A stretch of DNA of 64,000 nucleotides from assembly GCA_951406725.2 (NCBI GenBank), contig OX597818.1:41292001-41356000 (forward strand), read 5' to 3'. A program made the position numbers and the translations under genes. This document shows, in pieces, positions 42,287-56,651 of this stretch. Position 1 is the first letter of the stretch, and the number at the start of each line of letters is the position of its first letter. This stretch comes from Octopus vulgaris. Its lineage: Eukaryota. Under the pieces are notes generated by a model. That model saw nothing but the letters and a program-made list of their open reading frames with translations, ran no database searches and had not been told where the DNA came from.

Positions 42287-44043
42287 TGTATGTATGTATG
42301 TATGTATGTATGTATGGAAAGATAAGAAAGAGAAAGCAAACGTGAAGGAAAGAGAAAAGTATGGAAACGTGCTAAGTATGTAAGATGCAAATATGTATGA
42401 ATGCTATGTGTTTGTATGCAAATTGCTCATATTTTATATGCTTATATGTGTGCATATATGTATGTGTGAATTTTGCTGTTGCAGTGATTGAGGTTATGTG
42501 TGCGGCGATAATAAATCTCGAGACAATTTATGTAAAAGCCAATTTTCGGTAATGAATGTCCTTCATAAATCAATATGTTTGTGTAGATATTCATACTGCT
42601 GCGGTTTTTATTGTGAGAAAATGTCATACGATGCGTCGGAGAGCTTAGAGCTGCTGTCCTAATTGACAACTCAATTAGACGGACTTATCTTCGTAGTAAT
42701 TGAAATTACTGTTAAATATTTCGGGAACTAACGATTAAGCACCACATAGGTTCTAATCCACTTAGCCAAGGGGCAAGAGGGATTGGCGCACGGAGACAAC
42801 GCTAGTTTAGTCAGCATTCGCCTCGCCGCCAGAAAAATGGCGTATATGAGTGACGATGAAAGCAACTTTGTCTTTCTTTCTTCCTCGCTCTCGTTCTATC
42901 AGTCTATCTATCTATCTATGTATCCATCTTTCTCTTTCTCTTTCTCTCTTCTCTCTCCTACTTGCTTCTCTCCCTTTCCGTCGCTAGTTTCCACCATGTA
43001 ATGCAGAAAAATATCGGTCATTCCTGCTCCACTTACAAATCGCGTCTTGCGATGAATTAAAGTAATTTTCGCGCCTAAAATTAAAAGGCAGGGAAGCATA
43101 AAAATGGAAAACATGAATCTTTATGAATCGTCTAATAGAATTATTAGGTAGAGGGCTACAGGAAAGAAAGAAAATACAGTGATGCAGAAATTGGATATAC
43201 GACAGCATTCAGCTCATCACATCATATAAAGACAAACAAAAAGAAGTAAAGGGGTCCTCCGTCGATATCGAGGATGAGTATTTCGATCAACTATACAACT
43301 CACTTATTGGTACATGTACTTTTAACGTAGTCTAGTCAACGGGTTCCGCACAGTTACCGTCTTAACTAATTTTACTGACTAGTCTTGGATAAACCTAAGG
43401 CTATAATTGTTCAAAAATGCTATGCAGATTGAAATCAGAACTCCATTATTATGATGCGAACTTCTTAATGACTTGGATACGCACATTCAAAGGCAAATAT
43501 CACACACACACAAGCACACACACACACATATACATTTGTACACATGTATGCATGTATGTGTGTCATTCATAATATTATCTTGGCTTTAAGATGCTAACAC
43601 GCGGAATTATACATAAGTACAGTATTTGCGTGCTACGACTATCGGATTTGGCATGAACGATAGAAATAGTATATGAAATATAATATCTAGTTCGTTATTC
43701 TATGTTCACAGATCGCATTCCGTCGGGATCTATTTCGGTTTTGTATATTTCTGGGGTCAATACAAACGTGTCAGTATGCTGCTAAATCAAATTATCTCGT
43801 CTGCAAAGTCTCCACGAAATAACAAGCACCATGTTTAGCGTCCAAATGTCAATGCTTTCTACGCATTACAAATACACATTAAATACATACAAGCATGTGT
43901 GTGTGTGTGTGTGTGTGCCCGCGCATGTGTGAGTGTGTGTGTGCCCGTGCGTGTGCGTGCGTTTATGTACACACATTTATATATACTTATATACATATGT
44001 ATGCATATATACATACATATACACATATGTGTATACATGTACT

Positions 44044-44080
<37 letters not shown>

Positions 44081-44114
44081 CAAAGTAAAGTTGGGTGCGA
44101 GCGCACGAGTAAAA

Positions 44115-44580
44115 ATATAAGGAAAAGAATCTGAAATGCCGGAGTCTTTTATCAACATAACCGGTTTCACTTATTTAAAAAGATTTTAAAAAGTAAGTTT
44201 TCTGTTTTTACGTAAACTATTTCTTGACGCATCACAGAGGATACACATATTTTATCTCCTTGTCAAAGACTCTATTACTTGATAATATATATTCAAACCA
44301 TTGTTTTCTTTTTATCATTATAAAAAATTTTAATAATTCATCAGAATGTTTTTATGTAAACTATTTTTTGACACATCACAAAAGATACGCAAAGCCTCAA
44401 ACCTTTTCTTATCAATGTCACTTGGTTTGAATACATTTTGGTAAACTAATTTTTGACACCATAGAGGGTAAACAAAACTTCACAATTTTACTTTTGAAAA
44501 TCCTTTCAAATAAGTGAAACCGGTTAGGTTAATAAATACTTTTAAAAGACTCATGCATTTTCAGATTCTTTTCCTTATTT
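44115..44580. mobile_element. MITE/foldback with ~85-bp imperfect TIRs and three internal subrepeats
   Basis: ataaggaaaagaatctgaaatg...aaccggtttcacttattt versus aaataagtgaaaccggtt...cagattcttttccttat; internal aaacta..ttgac.c..a.a unit three times. Confidence 0.65.
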
Positions 44581-44582
44581 AC

Positions 44583-44639
<57 letters not shown>

Positions 44640-44716
44640 TGTGTGTCTGTGTGTCTGTGTGTGTACATATATATGTATATATATATATATATATATTTAT
44701 AATAATATATCTAGAA

Positions 44717-44755
<39 letters not shown>

Positions 44756-46249
44756 TGTGCTCTATGCATATCATACTGATATGATATACGTGTAGCCGAT
44801 ACATGTAATATTGACAGATATGCGTATAGAAATATAAAAACGTATACCTATATAATTAGTTCAATATTCATGTAAATTTTCAATGTGTGAATTTGACTAT
44901 ATGTGCAAAATAGTGTACGATTTTGTGCGTACGTATGTTTTTGTGGGTGTATTCGTGTCTGTGTGTTTGCGTATATCTACATACGTCTACGAAGATAACG
45001 AGACCATTTGCTCTACATTGGATTTTTGTAACACATCCAAGTTATCTACAATAATACTATTTATCAAAAGGGGACAGTGATGCTAGCAAGCAGTGAGCTC
45101 ATACGTCCTGTGACGTCATCATATTTTGCGCAACGTCCTAAATATTCTGCCTGAAGTTAAAACGTTCATGATTGTCCAACAAGACAAAGGACTGAGAGAG
45201 AGAGGGGGAGAGACAGACAGACAGACAGACGGACAGACAGACTTAGAGAGTGGGAGATAGTACAGTAGAAGGAGAGACTCGCACATGAATCATTATAGGA
45301 AGTTTCAAAGCGTTTCCCAATGGAAGCTTCCCGAAAATATATTATTTTTCGAGAATTTTGCTTTCATTTTCAACTTCAAACGCTCGTTTTATTGATTATT
45401 TAAAAGCATTTTGCACTTCTACATTCTTATTTAAACTTTGAAGTGTATATGTATAGCTTGTTTGTGAAATGAAATGCATTTACTTCACGGCTATTAGCAA
45501 TTATGGGCGCATAAAATGTATGCTTATGTACGTAAGACGGAATCCTGTGAAGATGTATTCATATCTGTATGGACATTTTCAGATGTTCATGAATATTTGT
45601 TAAGAAATATATGTATATACATTAGTGGGACTGTGAAGGCATGTATGTATGTATGTATGTATGTATGTATGTATGTATGTATGTATGTATGTGTGGGGGG
45701 GCTGTACATGCGCATTCTCAATTGAATATAGTAAGTACTTTTGTTTAAGACATATTTACATACATGCATACATACATACATACATACATACATACATACA
45801 AACATACAAACAAGCATGGCATGCTTACATACAAACATACATACATACATACATGCATACATATATACATACATACATACATAGACACACACACATACAA
45901 ACATACACACATATTCATACATACATACAAGCATGCCATACATACATACATAAACACACAAACAGATACATACATACAGATACATACATACATACATACA
46001 TACATACTTACATACATAGACACACACACACACATACATACATACACACACATACATACATACATAGACACACACACACATACATACATACATACATACA
46101 TACATACATACATACATACATACATACATACATACATACATACATACATACATACATACGCAAGACTTTTCACGAGTTGAAAATGTGAATTTATTTTTAT
46201 CTTCATTTCAAAGATGGAGGTTTGTATCTGTGTTAAAAACCAACTTCTT

Positions 46250-46327
<78 letters not shown>

Positions 46328-46605
46328 GTTAGTGCCCCTACTACATATATATTGAAACATTCCCATCAATTTCTTCATAAGAGGAAATACTTTAACTGAG
46401 GAAGGTTTACGTAAAAGACGCATTTCCTATCATATATTACGCGAACCTGAAATGTACGTATTAAATTATTTCAAAACATCACTATCTGGTTTGACTTCAT
46501 TATTACAACTTATATATCACGATGCCAGTATAAACTAGCCAGTCTAGACAGTGAAAGGCCTTTAATCGGCATACTGCCAGGTGTATGTCCAAAGTGTAAA
46601 TAATT

Positions 46606-46672
<67 letters not shown>

Positions 46673-46680
46673 GGTATCAA

Positions 46681-46922
46681 TAAGATAGGAGATGGAATGT
46701 GTAATAGATTTTATTGAACACAACAAATGTATCGACCCGTCCTTCTGAGTCTCTTCGAATACATCAATCAAAACAAGCCTCACCAGAGATTCCTTGGATC
46801 GGCTTATGCACCGCTATATGTCCATCAAATTCGAGAATGAGTTCCCGAAGAGACCCAGAACGACGGGTTGAAACATGTATTGTGCTCTATAAAATCTATA
46901 ATGCATTCTATTTCCTATCTTA
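46681..46922. repeat. Diverged foldback with a decayed hammerhead in each arm
   Basis: taagataggagatggaatg...cgacccgtccttctgagtctcttcg versus ccgaagagacccagaacgacgggttgaaacatgta...cattctatttcctatctta. Confidence 0.7.
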
Positions 46923-47054
46923 TTTATACCATTACCCAACCGCCTCTACGAAGTTTCTGCTGTAAATCTATGACTAACAACAGGTAACCTAAACCGTGCC
47001 GGTGCTTTATTCATCATCCATTTATACATTTTGTATAATTTTTCCATTATACAC

Positions 47055-47520
47055 ATACATACATTGAAACTCTATTCTCTCCAGCGCCACCGCGTGCTAT
47101 ACATCATTTGCATGGTGTGGAGAATATACCACCAGCAATGCCCAAAAGACCTTAGCATTAGTTTAAGAATTCATCCAAGGCTAGGACCACGTGCCATACG
47201 CCTCCTACACAATTTAGGATCACAACACATAAATTCACTGCAACACAATTTCTTTCCCTCAACAAGCCCTGCTCTATTTACATTGTCCCAAAACTGATCA
47301 AAGAGGAAAAGGATCCCATCACCTTTAAACGGAATCTGGACAAATTTCTTCAAGGGATACCAGAGAAGCCACTTATACTTGAATATAACTCACTCAACAA
47401 GAACTCCCTACTTGAATGGGCCACAATACTACAAAACGTGATTTATCAGGTAGTGCTATTAAGTAAGACATGGCTTGGGTCAATCTTTGGTCGAAACATA
47501 TCTAAGTTATCTAAGTTATA
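47055..47520 (+). mobile_element. CR1-group LINE 3' fragment, frameshifted, with short tandem tail (tatctaagt)2
   Basis: Translates in pieces as LKLYSLQRH...HPRLG...PALF...TFKRNLDKFLQGIPEKP...NSLLEW, typical of a CR1-type ORF2 C-terminus. Confidence 0.7.
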
Positions 47521-47627
47521 TATATATATATAACACATGTCTTTGCTTGTATATACGCAGTGAAGCTATACAATATCGATTGCTATTTTCCAGTAAATAT
47601 TGGTGCCTTGTTGTACCATTATCTACT

Positions 47628-47682
<55 letters not shown>

Positions 47683-48559
47683 GTATGTATGTACTATGTG
47701 TGTGTGTGTGTAAATGAAGTATAAGGAAAGAAAAAAATTGTAGTTGTAGTCGATCTTTAATTCATAATCCAAGTAGGTACAAATCCAACATAAATTCTAC
47801 AAACTGTTTCGGAGATTAATTAATTCCAAAAATTCTTCTTGAAATAGAAATTAGATTCTTCGTCAGGAATTACATATTGGTATGAATAATTACGACCAAC
47901 AAAAATATAAAAAGACTTTTCATAGCCCAGACGGGAACGAACAAATAATAATAGAATAATAAAATCACTAGAACGCCAGACCGTTCAAAACCAGAAAAAA
48001 ATATATATAAAAAAAACTACTCCAGCGTTTCATTAACATTACAATTCACGATATGTAAATATCTAGTGTTGACAGATAAATTTAATGAAACAAAAATTAG
48101 CTACGAAAATAATAGGGTTATCTAATTAAAAATTAAGAAATTAAAAATTAATAACTACAAACCGACATATTATCCACTAAAAAGTAGTAAATAATATGGT
48201 AATATCAAACGAAAATAAAAAGAAAAACGAAAAAGCAATTCTTTTGTTTACAAATTAGCGACCTACAAGTAAAGCTGTAGTACCATTGAAGGGAGAGGAG
48301 AGAAAATAGTAATACAGTGAAGGAGATGTAGTGAGAGTAATAGCCGTGACTGAAAGAGTGAGAGAAAGTAATAGCCGTTTGAGAAGGAAGAACGCGGAGT
48401 GTATCTTTTGTTCTTATCATATGAATGGGAAAGGAAGGGGCGAATAGAATAACGAAGAAGGAAGAGGATGAAAAGACAACCATTCAACTCTGAATGAGTA
48501 TATGTGTATATGTGTGTGTATGAAAAAGGGATATCAAATGTTGGCTGAACTAACTCAGT

Positions 48560-49030
48560 AGCCAACAGCTATCCAGTAGCTGAAAGTGAGAGACACCTAG
48601 GAGAAGCAAAACTGTTTCAACACCTGTGACTTCGTTTGCATCTAATGATGTAGACTAGGTTTTCTTTTTGAGCAAACGCTTACATTGTATGTAGTGTGGG
48701 ATTAGTCATTTGCAAAACATCATTTCCTCATTCGAAAAAGCTTTAGGCAGTGCACTGTTCGAGTTTTAGCATCTCTATTACGTCTTTGTAGCATCTCTAT
48801 TATGTGGTTTTAGCATTTCTATTACGTGTTGCATATAAAAAAGACAAAGCATTCAATGAAAAATTCCTCGAAGGAATGAGAATGAAGGCAAGCAGGTAGT
48901 AAGACTCTGAACACCTACTGCAAGAGGCGCCCATCATTGGCACATCTGTGCAAAAAGAGTGAAGGTTCATAGACGGACTAAAGATCCACATTCACGTTGC
49001 TTTAAGAGAACAATCAAGTGATAGCATTGC
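48560..49030 (-). pseudogene. Possible highly decayed PLE reverse-transcriptase remnant
   Basis: SMNLHSFCTDVP resembles the PLE S-x-D-x-x-SLFT-x-VP motif, followed by IEMLKL...F..GN..LQ; many stops. Confidence 0.3.
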
Positions 49031-49542
49031 TTGAAATCGATTTGTAACCATCATGTACGTATGTATGTATGCACGTATGGATGGATGGATGGATGGATGG
49101 ATGGATGGATGGATGGATGGATATAAGAATGAATGAATGAATATATTTTTGTGATATTGCATATATACACGTGTTTTTTTCTACGTTACTGAATCGTTTT
49201 TTTCTTTTTACATGCTATTTTTGTACGTTTGTGAATTTTGTTTCGGCAAATTTATATATTATTTTGAATTTCAGTCGGAAAATTCCTAGAACCGTAGTGG
49301 ATATTTCTTTCAGAAATTATTCTCGTAAACCGTTCGGGAAAAGAAATAATTGCAACTTTCAGTAGAAAATTGATCCTACTCTAGTTATCACTGTCTGGCG
49401 AAATTGGTTACTAATCTGTAATGTCGTATACATATAACCTTAATGAGCTCTCCACATCTGATACATCATGCGGGCAGCATGTGGCTGTAGAAGCAGTATA
49501 TATATATCAAAGTCCATACACGCTCGTGCGCGCAAGAGAGAA

Positions 49543-49593
<51 letters not shown>

Positions 49594-49938
49594 ACAAGCA
49601 CACGCTCACACACATATACACATACAAAGCATTGATTTCATATTTATGAGATAAGACACTGGAACGACTTCAGCTCTACTTGGTGGTGATGATGATGATA
49701 AGGAGGAGGATGAGGATGATGATGATAAGGAGGAGGATGAGGATGATGATGACGACGAGGATGACGATTATCACGTTGATGATGACGATGGCGAGGATCA
49801 GTACGACGATGACTACAGCGACGATGAAGAGAGTAAATCTGCAATATCAAGAAGAATCGTTTGTTGATTTGCTTTACTGATCCTGAAACATATATACATA
49901 CAAACACACACACAAACACACACACACACACACACACG

Positions 49939-50003
<65 letters not shown>

Positions 50004-50199
50004 CAAAATGGGACAAGAACGCAAAACATCCGGACAACTAGGTGATACAAAAAGGGACAACAAAATATCCAGATAGACGATACAAACAACAAGGACGGGT
50101 CATGCGAAGCTTTTTGTCAGATTCAATCCTCAGTCAAGAACCGGATCATCCTCGCAGTTTCGGCTGATTAATCTTGAGATTGCTCCATACATACTTATA

Positions 50200-50238
<39 letters not shown>

Positions 50239-50289
50239 GGTAGTCTATAGAAGTGACATGGGTTAAGTGCCGTGCTCTTGAATATTGGG

Positions 50290-50880
50290 CAGGCAACATA
50301 TATAGTGGTATATCTGATTTGAAACTCAACATCAGAGCATTCCTCTGGTGGCAAAAATTATATAGTTCATTCTTCTTGTTAGTGAATGTTGCAGATTGGT
50401 GGAGCATGCATAATCCCTCCTAGGGGAAGAGTTGGCAATTGTTTATATGGAGGATTGAATCTGACTATCTTTCTCTTTCTGGTTCTCTTCAGGCTCAGCG
50501 TGGAGTGGGGTGTCGTCTATATATACTAACTTCTCAGTGAACCCATACCTCGCTAATTCGCCCTTATTTCCAGAGTCGGCGCTCTTGAAAATTTCTCCAG
50601 TTGAGAATAGCTTAGAAATTCATCTAATTATGCGTGTGACTAGGGCTGTAATTACAGCTTGGGGTGGTTGGAGGTTCTGTAGATGTATACGGTTTTCTCG
50701 TTGGATTTCCTGCAAGGTAGTAGTTTTCCCGTCTTCAGGTCTATGGTTACGTCCATGAAGTCGACCGTTGTCAAACTAGTAGTTACCGTTATAGATAGGC
50801 CGAATTTTTTGAAGATTTTTATCAGATTCTTCCTGAACTTCACCATAACGTGACCGTTCATATGGCTTGAGAATGCCAAG
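50290..50880 (-). pseudogene. Internally deleted Penelope-like element (RT C-terminus/thumb, linker, end of GIY-YIG domain), possibly Naiad-type
   Basis: KIFKKFGLSIT...VDFMDVTIDLKTG...RKSN..VYIYRTSNHP, frameshift, IR*ISKLFSTGEIF...GFTEKLVY, RKRKIVRFNPPY, then NCQL..E...NKKNELYNFCHQRN. Confidence 0.75.
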
Positions 50881-51225
50881 CCTTCAGAAAGAAAGAGAAA
50901 GAGAGAGAGGGGGATGGAGGGAAGGAAGGAAGGAAGGAAGGAAGAGGGAGGGAGATGTAAGGTAAACATGCAGGAGTAACTTGTAAACCCCCAATATATA
51001 CTCTCGTCTGAAAAGTATACAATCTGATTAAAACATGTCTTTTCTCTTTTTTCGGAATTACGGAGATCTACTTGCATAGCAAGTGACCTCATCTGAGATT
51101 GTGTGCTAGAACGAAAACAGTTGCAGCATGGAAGGTGTTTATAAGCCATTTAAGAAACACACAAAAACCATTAGATCCACTTCAACATTTAAATTTAATT
51201 TGAATGATGTATTCACATTGTATAG

Positions 51226-51262
<37 letters not shown>

Positions 51263-51293
51263 TGTACATGCATAGATACAGACAGACTAACTG

Positions 51294-51328
<35 letters not shown>

Positions 51329-51356
51329 ATATATATATATATAAATACATATATAA

Positions 51357-51417
<61 letters not shown>

Positions 51418-51644
51418 TATATACATGCATGAAAAAATTAGATACTGCAAGTGCAGGTCTTCCCCACCCATTCTATACTCTACATCTACACCTTTTGCCC
51501 AATGGCTGTTGTTCACCTTGCTGCTTCAACAGGCTTTTACCGGCGCAACTTCGAAGTCACTGTCAACAATATTTTAATACATATATATGCGTGTATACTT
51601 ACTGTGTGCGTTTATGTGTATATGTGCTTGTATATGTACATATG

Positions 51645-51677
<33 letters not shown>

Positions 51678-52190
51678 TCATATATATTGATAGATACAGG
51701 CCGATAGACAAATAGACAGACAGACAGACAGATACATACATACATACATACATACATACCATACATACATACATACACACATACATTCATACATACATAC
51801 ATGCATACACTGGCGGAATGATACATTGCCAGACAGTTTGCATGGGGGAGAACGTTTGAAGTATCACTGACAAGATATCAGAGAGTAAGCTGCATGGCCA
51901 GAGATCAATAGAGAAATCGATAGAGATTGATTCACGGAAGTCAGTGGAGCAAATAATTACATTTGTTTTCCTCTACATCAGATCATCTCCACTCCCCTCA
52001 TAGCATCCACCTACTGATGTAGGAGGTGAAAGGCTCTTCAAATGGTCTCTCATTTCCATACGCACGTACACGTGTGTGTGTGTGTGTGTGTGTGTGTGCA
52101 GATATGTTCTTATGTATATGTGTGTGTGCGCGCATCAGTAGATATATGGGTGTGTATTTATACATGAGTGTGTGTGTGTGTGCATGTAAG

Positions 52191-52257
<67 letters not shown>

Positions 52258-52438
52258 TTATGTATGTATGTATGTATGTATGTATGTATATGTACGTATG
52301 TATGAGTGCGTATTAACCATATAAAGGATGTATGCATAACTTGTGTATATCTATATATATACATATACATCTATGATCTATCTACCTACCTATCTACCTA
52401 TCCCTCTATTTATCTATCTATCTGGTTATGTCTATACA

Positions 52439-52482
<44 letters not shown>

Positions 52483-52865
52483 CGCACACATACACACATA
52501 AGGTTATATGGTTCAAGCATTTTGTATAAGAGATCCGTGCATTGATGTGGAGATTGCTTGCACATCAAAGTACACAACAGAACCCCCGACATATTCCAAC
52601 ACTGCTAACCACACTTGCCCTCCACGCAACTCCCCGCCCCTCATCACAACAAAAATATATGCAGATGAATTCCGGAGCCGTTGCCCTTTCCGCAGTCAAC
52701 CAGCAAAACACAGACACAAACACAGGCAAATACATTCTCACATACACTCACTCAAAAACATACACGCACTCACAAGCATTACACGAGAGTCACACATACA
52801 CTCATGCTAAAATACACTATAGAATTTATGTGTGTGTCTATGTATGTATACACCCATAGATAGAT

Positions 52866-52922
<57 letters not shown>

Positions 52923-52973
52923 TACACACACGCACATATATACATATATATGCGTGTATATATATATATCTAT

Positions 52974-53068
<95 letters not shown>

Positions 53069-53092
53069 TGTATGTATGTATGTATATGTATA

Positions 53093-53500
53093 TATACCAC
53101 ATTTTCAACCTGCGCCAGATCTAGTTTGAATAAGTGGTTTTCTTTTTAAAGTTTTAATTTATAAATTGAAATTAAATTGAGAGACAAAAGGTTTGTAAAA
53201 GAAAGTGTTGGGGATGGGAGCAATGTTTGGAGAGGAAGAGGAAGGTGGAGGGAACGATTTCTTTCTGGAGATAGATAGGGAGGGAGAGAGACTTGAAATG
53301 CGAAGCGGCAGTTGCTTTTCATTTTCTTTTTTTTCTTGACAACCAGCATTATACCCAACTCAAACCTTGGAACAAGTTTAAGATAAAGAGGACAAAAAAA
53401 TATACCAAATTTTCAACCTTCTCCAGATCTAATTCGAATAAGTGGTTTTCTTTTAAAGTTTTAACTTTTAAAACGAAATTAAATTGAGAAACAAGGTTTT
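53093..53500. repeat. ~100-bp diverged direct repeat (53093-53193 and 53401-53500)
   Basis: tatacca.attttcaacct...ccagatcta.tt.gaataagtggttttctttt occurs twice. Confidence 0.8.
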
Positions 53501-53516
53501 ATATATATATATACAT

Positions 53517-53881
53517 ACTCTTTACTCTTTTACTTGTTTCAGTCATTTGACTGTGACCATGCTGGAGCACCGCTTTTAGTCGAGCAAATCGCCCCCAGGA
53601 CTTATTCTTTGGAAGCCTAGTACTTATTCTATCGGTCTCTTTTGCCGAACCGCTAAGTTACGGGGACGCAAACACACCAGCATCGGTTGTCAAGCGATGT
53701 TGGGGGTGACAAACACAAACACACAAACATTTACATACACATACATACATATATATATATACTTTATTTAAAGCAGCAGAAAATTCAAATTTTCTGCTGC
53801 TTTAAATAAAGCATATTACTCTACCACTGGTATTTGAGTACTCTTTTTCCACCTTGTTTCACATTTATGTGTTTACTCCGG

Positions 53882-53977
<96 letters not shown>

Positions 53978-54137
53978 TACGACGGTCTTCTTTCAGCTTC
54001 CGTCTGCCAAATCTACTCAAAAGGCTTTGGTCGGCCCGAGGCTATAGTAGAAGACACTTGCCCAAGGTGCCACGCAGTGGGACTGAACCCGGAATCATGT
54101 GGTTGCTAAGCAAGCTACTTACCACACAGCCACTCCT
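53517..54137 (-). mobile_element. SINE family C with a hairpin-bearing insert in its internal microsatellite
   Basis: Tail half 53517-53730, head half 53980-54137, insert ~53761-53882. Confidence 0.85.
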
Positions 54138-54699
54138 TATAATACATGTATTACACTACTACTGCAATAAGATCTACCATTGCTTCGGTCGTAGGTTTCG
54201 GGGTCACCGCCACTTGTGTCACCTCCAACAAATACTACTCCGCTGCCACAAAGTCACCCTTCAACGCCACCGCTACCAGAGGAACCACACCCTACACCAG
54301 CAACTCACGTGATTAACACAGCATCATCACCAATAATGCTAATCTATGTCAAGAACACCATCGACCAATTACTCTCATTACTAACACTCACCTACAACCA
54401 GTCACCACTCCAACCATCACCACCATCAACAACAACAACGTTATCATCATCTTTATCATAATCAACGTCGTCGTAATCATGATCGCAATGGCCACCATGT
54501 CCATCCTCCTTCAGCAGCAGCAGCAGCAGCAGTAGCAGCAACAGCATCACTAACCGTCGTCATCATCATCATTGTCGTCTTCTTCGTTGTTGTTATCGTC
54601 ATCTTGATAACCACCGCAAACATCATCACAGATATCGTCAAATCATCATCATCATCATCATCGTCATCATAGTTAGCAGCCTCTTCACCAGCCTACGGT

Positions 54700-55032
54700 C
54701 GCACCACCACCATCACCACTACAACTATCACCACTTCTAATACCACTACCACAACAACAACCACCGCAACTACCACCACCACTACCACCACTGCCACCAT
54801 TAACAGTACCACCACCACCACCACCGCAACAACAACTATTACTACCACCACCACTATCATCACTTCTAACACCACCACCACCACCACAACTACCGTAAAC
54901 ACCATTGCCACCATCATCACCACTACCACAACAACCGCCATCTCTATCACCCACAATCACTACTACCAACACCACCACCGTAACCTCAGCCACCTCCACC
55001 ACCTCCGCCACCGCCACCACTACCACTACCAC
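54700..55032. repeat. Degenerate (ACC/ACT)n trinucleotide region
   Basis: Directly visible; source of the Gly/Val-rich ORFs. Confidence 0.9.
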
Positions 55033-55513
55033 TATTTCTGTGCCATACATGAATAAACAAATACAAGAGCGAGTGGCGAGCACCGCTAATGAGCGCCATA
55101 ACTGCTGAGGGGAGGGGTATAGATAAGGGCTAAGATGGGGGCGGTGATGTGTCATGGTGGTGAGAGAGGAGTAGAAGGGGTGTGTTGCTAATTTTGACTG
55201 AAGTGGGATGAGAATACATGAGATAGGGAGGGAGAGGAAAGAGTACAAAGGAATTGGGTGGGAGAGGGAGAGGGAGTGGGAGAGAAAAGGAGGCCCAGTG
55301 GAAAAGAAGTAGTGGAACTAAGAGGATGGGAGAGAGAGCGTTTGAGTGATTTGTAATAGGAGAGAGGGAGAGAGGTGGGAGAGAGAGAGGAAGAGAGAAA
55401 GAGAGGAGTAAGTGGAAGAATTAGAGAGTGTGAATGAGAAAGCTCACCACGAAAGGAAGACTGGGATAGAGATTGTGTATATGCATGTATGTATGTATGT
55501 ATGTATGTATGTA

Positions 55514-55551
<38 letters not shown>

Positions 55552-56152
55552 TGTGTGTGTGTCTGTATGTATCTGAGCAAGAATGAGGGAGAGAGCTTGA
55601 GTATGCGGATGTGTGTATGCTAATGTGTGTGGATGTGTATGTATGCATGTATGTGTGTATTGTATATATATGTATGTGTATGCGTAAGTCAACCGGAGAG
55701 TGTCCAAGAAAGGACGAGGACCAGAAAGTGTAAGAGGGGCGAGAACGGAGACCGTTGCAATAAACCAGTTTCAGTAAATCAATGACCATAACTAAAAAAA
55801 ACTTCTCAACGTCACCATATCCTTATCTCCTACAGGCTTCCATACTGGAAGTTATAATCATAAGACTTCAACAGCAACAGAATCAACATCATTAGCGCTG
55901 CTACTAGCGGTCAACATGATTGCAATCACTATCATCATAAACGGCATCACTTTTATCGAGTCATCATCGCTGCAGTCGTAATCATCACCACTATTTGTAT
56001 AATCCTCACTGTTGCCATAATCACTTTTACTACGAGAATGCAATTGTCTTAACTTTTATTGTTAGTAATCACTTTTATCATCTTTAGGTACAATCTCTAT
56101 ATCACAGTCATTAATACTATTCTTTTATTCTTTTTATTCTTTTCTGCTACTG

Positions 56153-56517
56153 AGGCGGCGAGCTGGCAGAAACGTTAGCACGCCGGGCGAAATGCGTAGC
56201 CGTATTTCGTCTGCCGTTACGTTCTGAGTTGAAATTCCGCCGAGGTCGACTTCGCATTTCATCTTTTCGGGGTCGATTAAATAAGTACCAGTTACGCACT
56301 GGGGTCGATGTAATCGACTTAATCCGTTTCTCTGTCCTTGTTTGTCCTCTCTGTGTTTAGCCCCTTGTGGGTAGTAAAGAAATAGAAATAGGTATTTCGT
56401 CTGCCGTTACGTTCTAAGTTCAATTTCCGCCAAGGTCAACTTTGCCTTTCATCCTTTCGGGGTCGATAAATTAAGTATTGACAGTACGTGCTAACGTTTC
56501 TGCCAGCTCGCCGCCTT
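56153..56517 (+). mobile_element. SINE family A (56153-56383) plus tandem partial copy (56390-56478) and inverted head fragment (56487-56517)
   Basis: Direct comparison of the three segments. Confidence 0.85.
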
Positions 56518-56555
56518 GTAACCATATTAATATTATGTCAAGAAATATCTCATTG

Positions 56556-56651
<96 letters not shown>

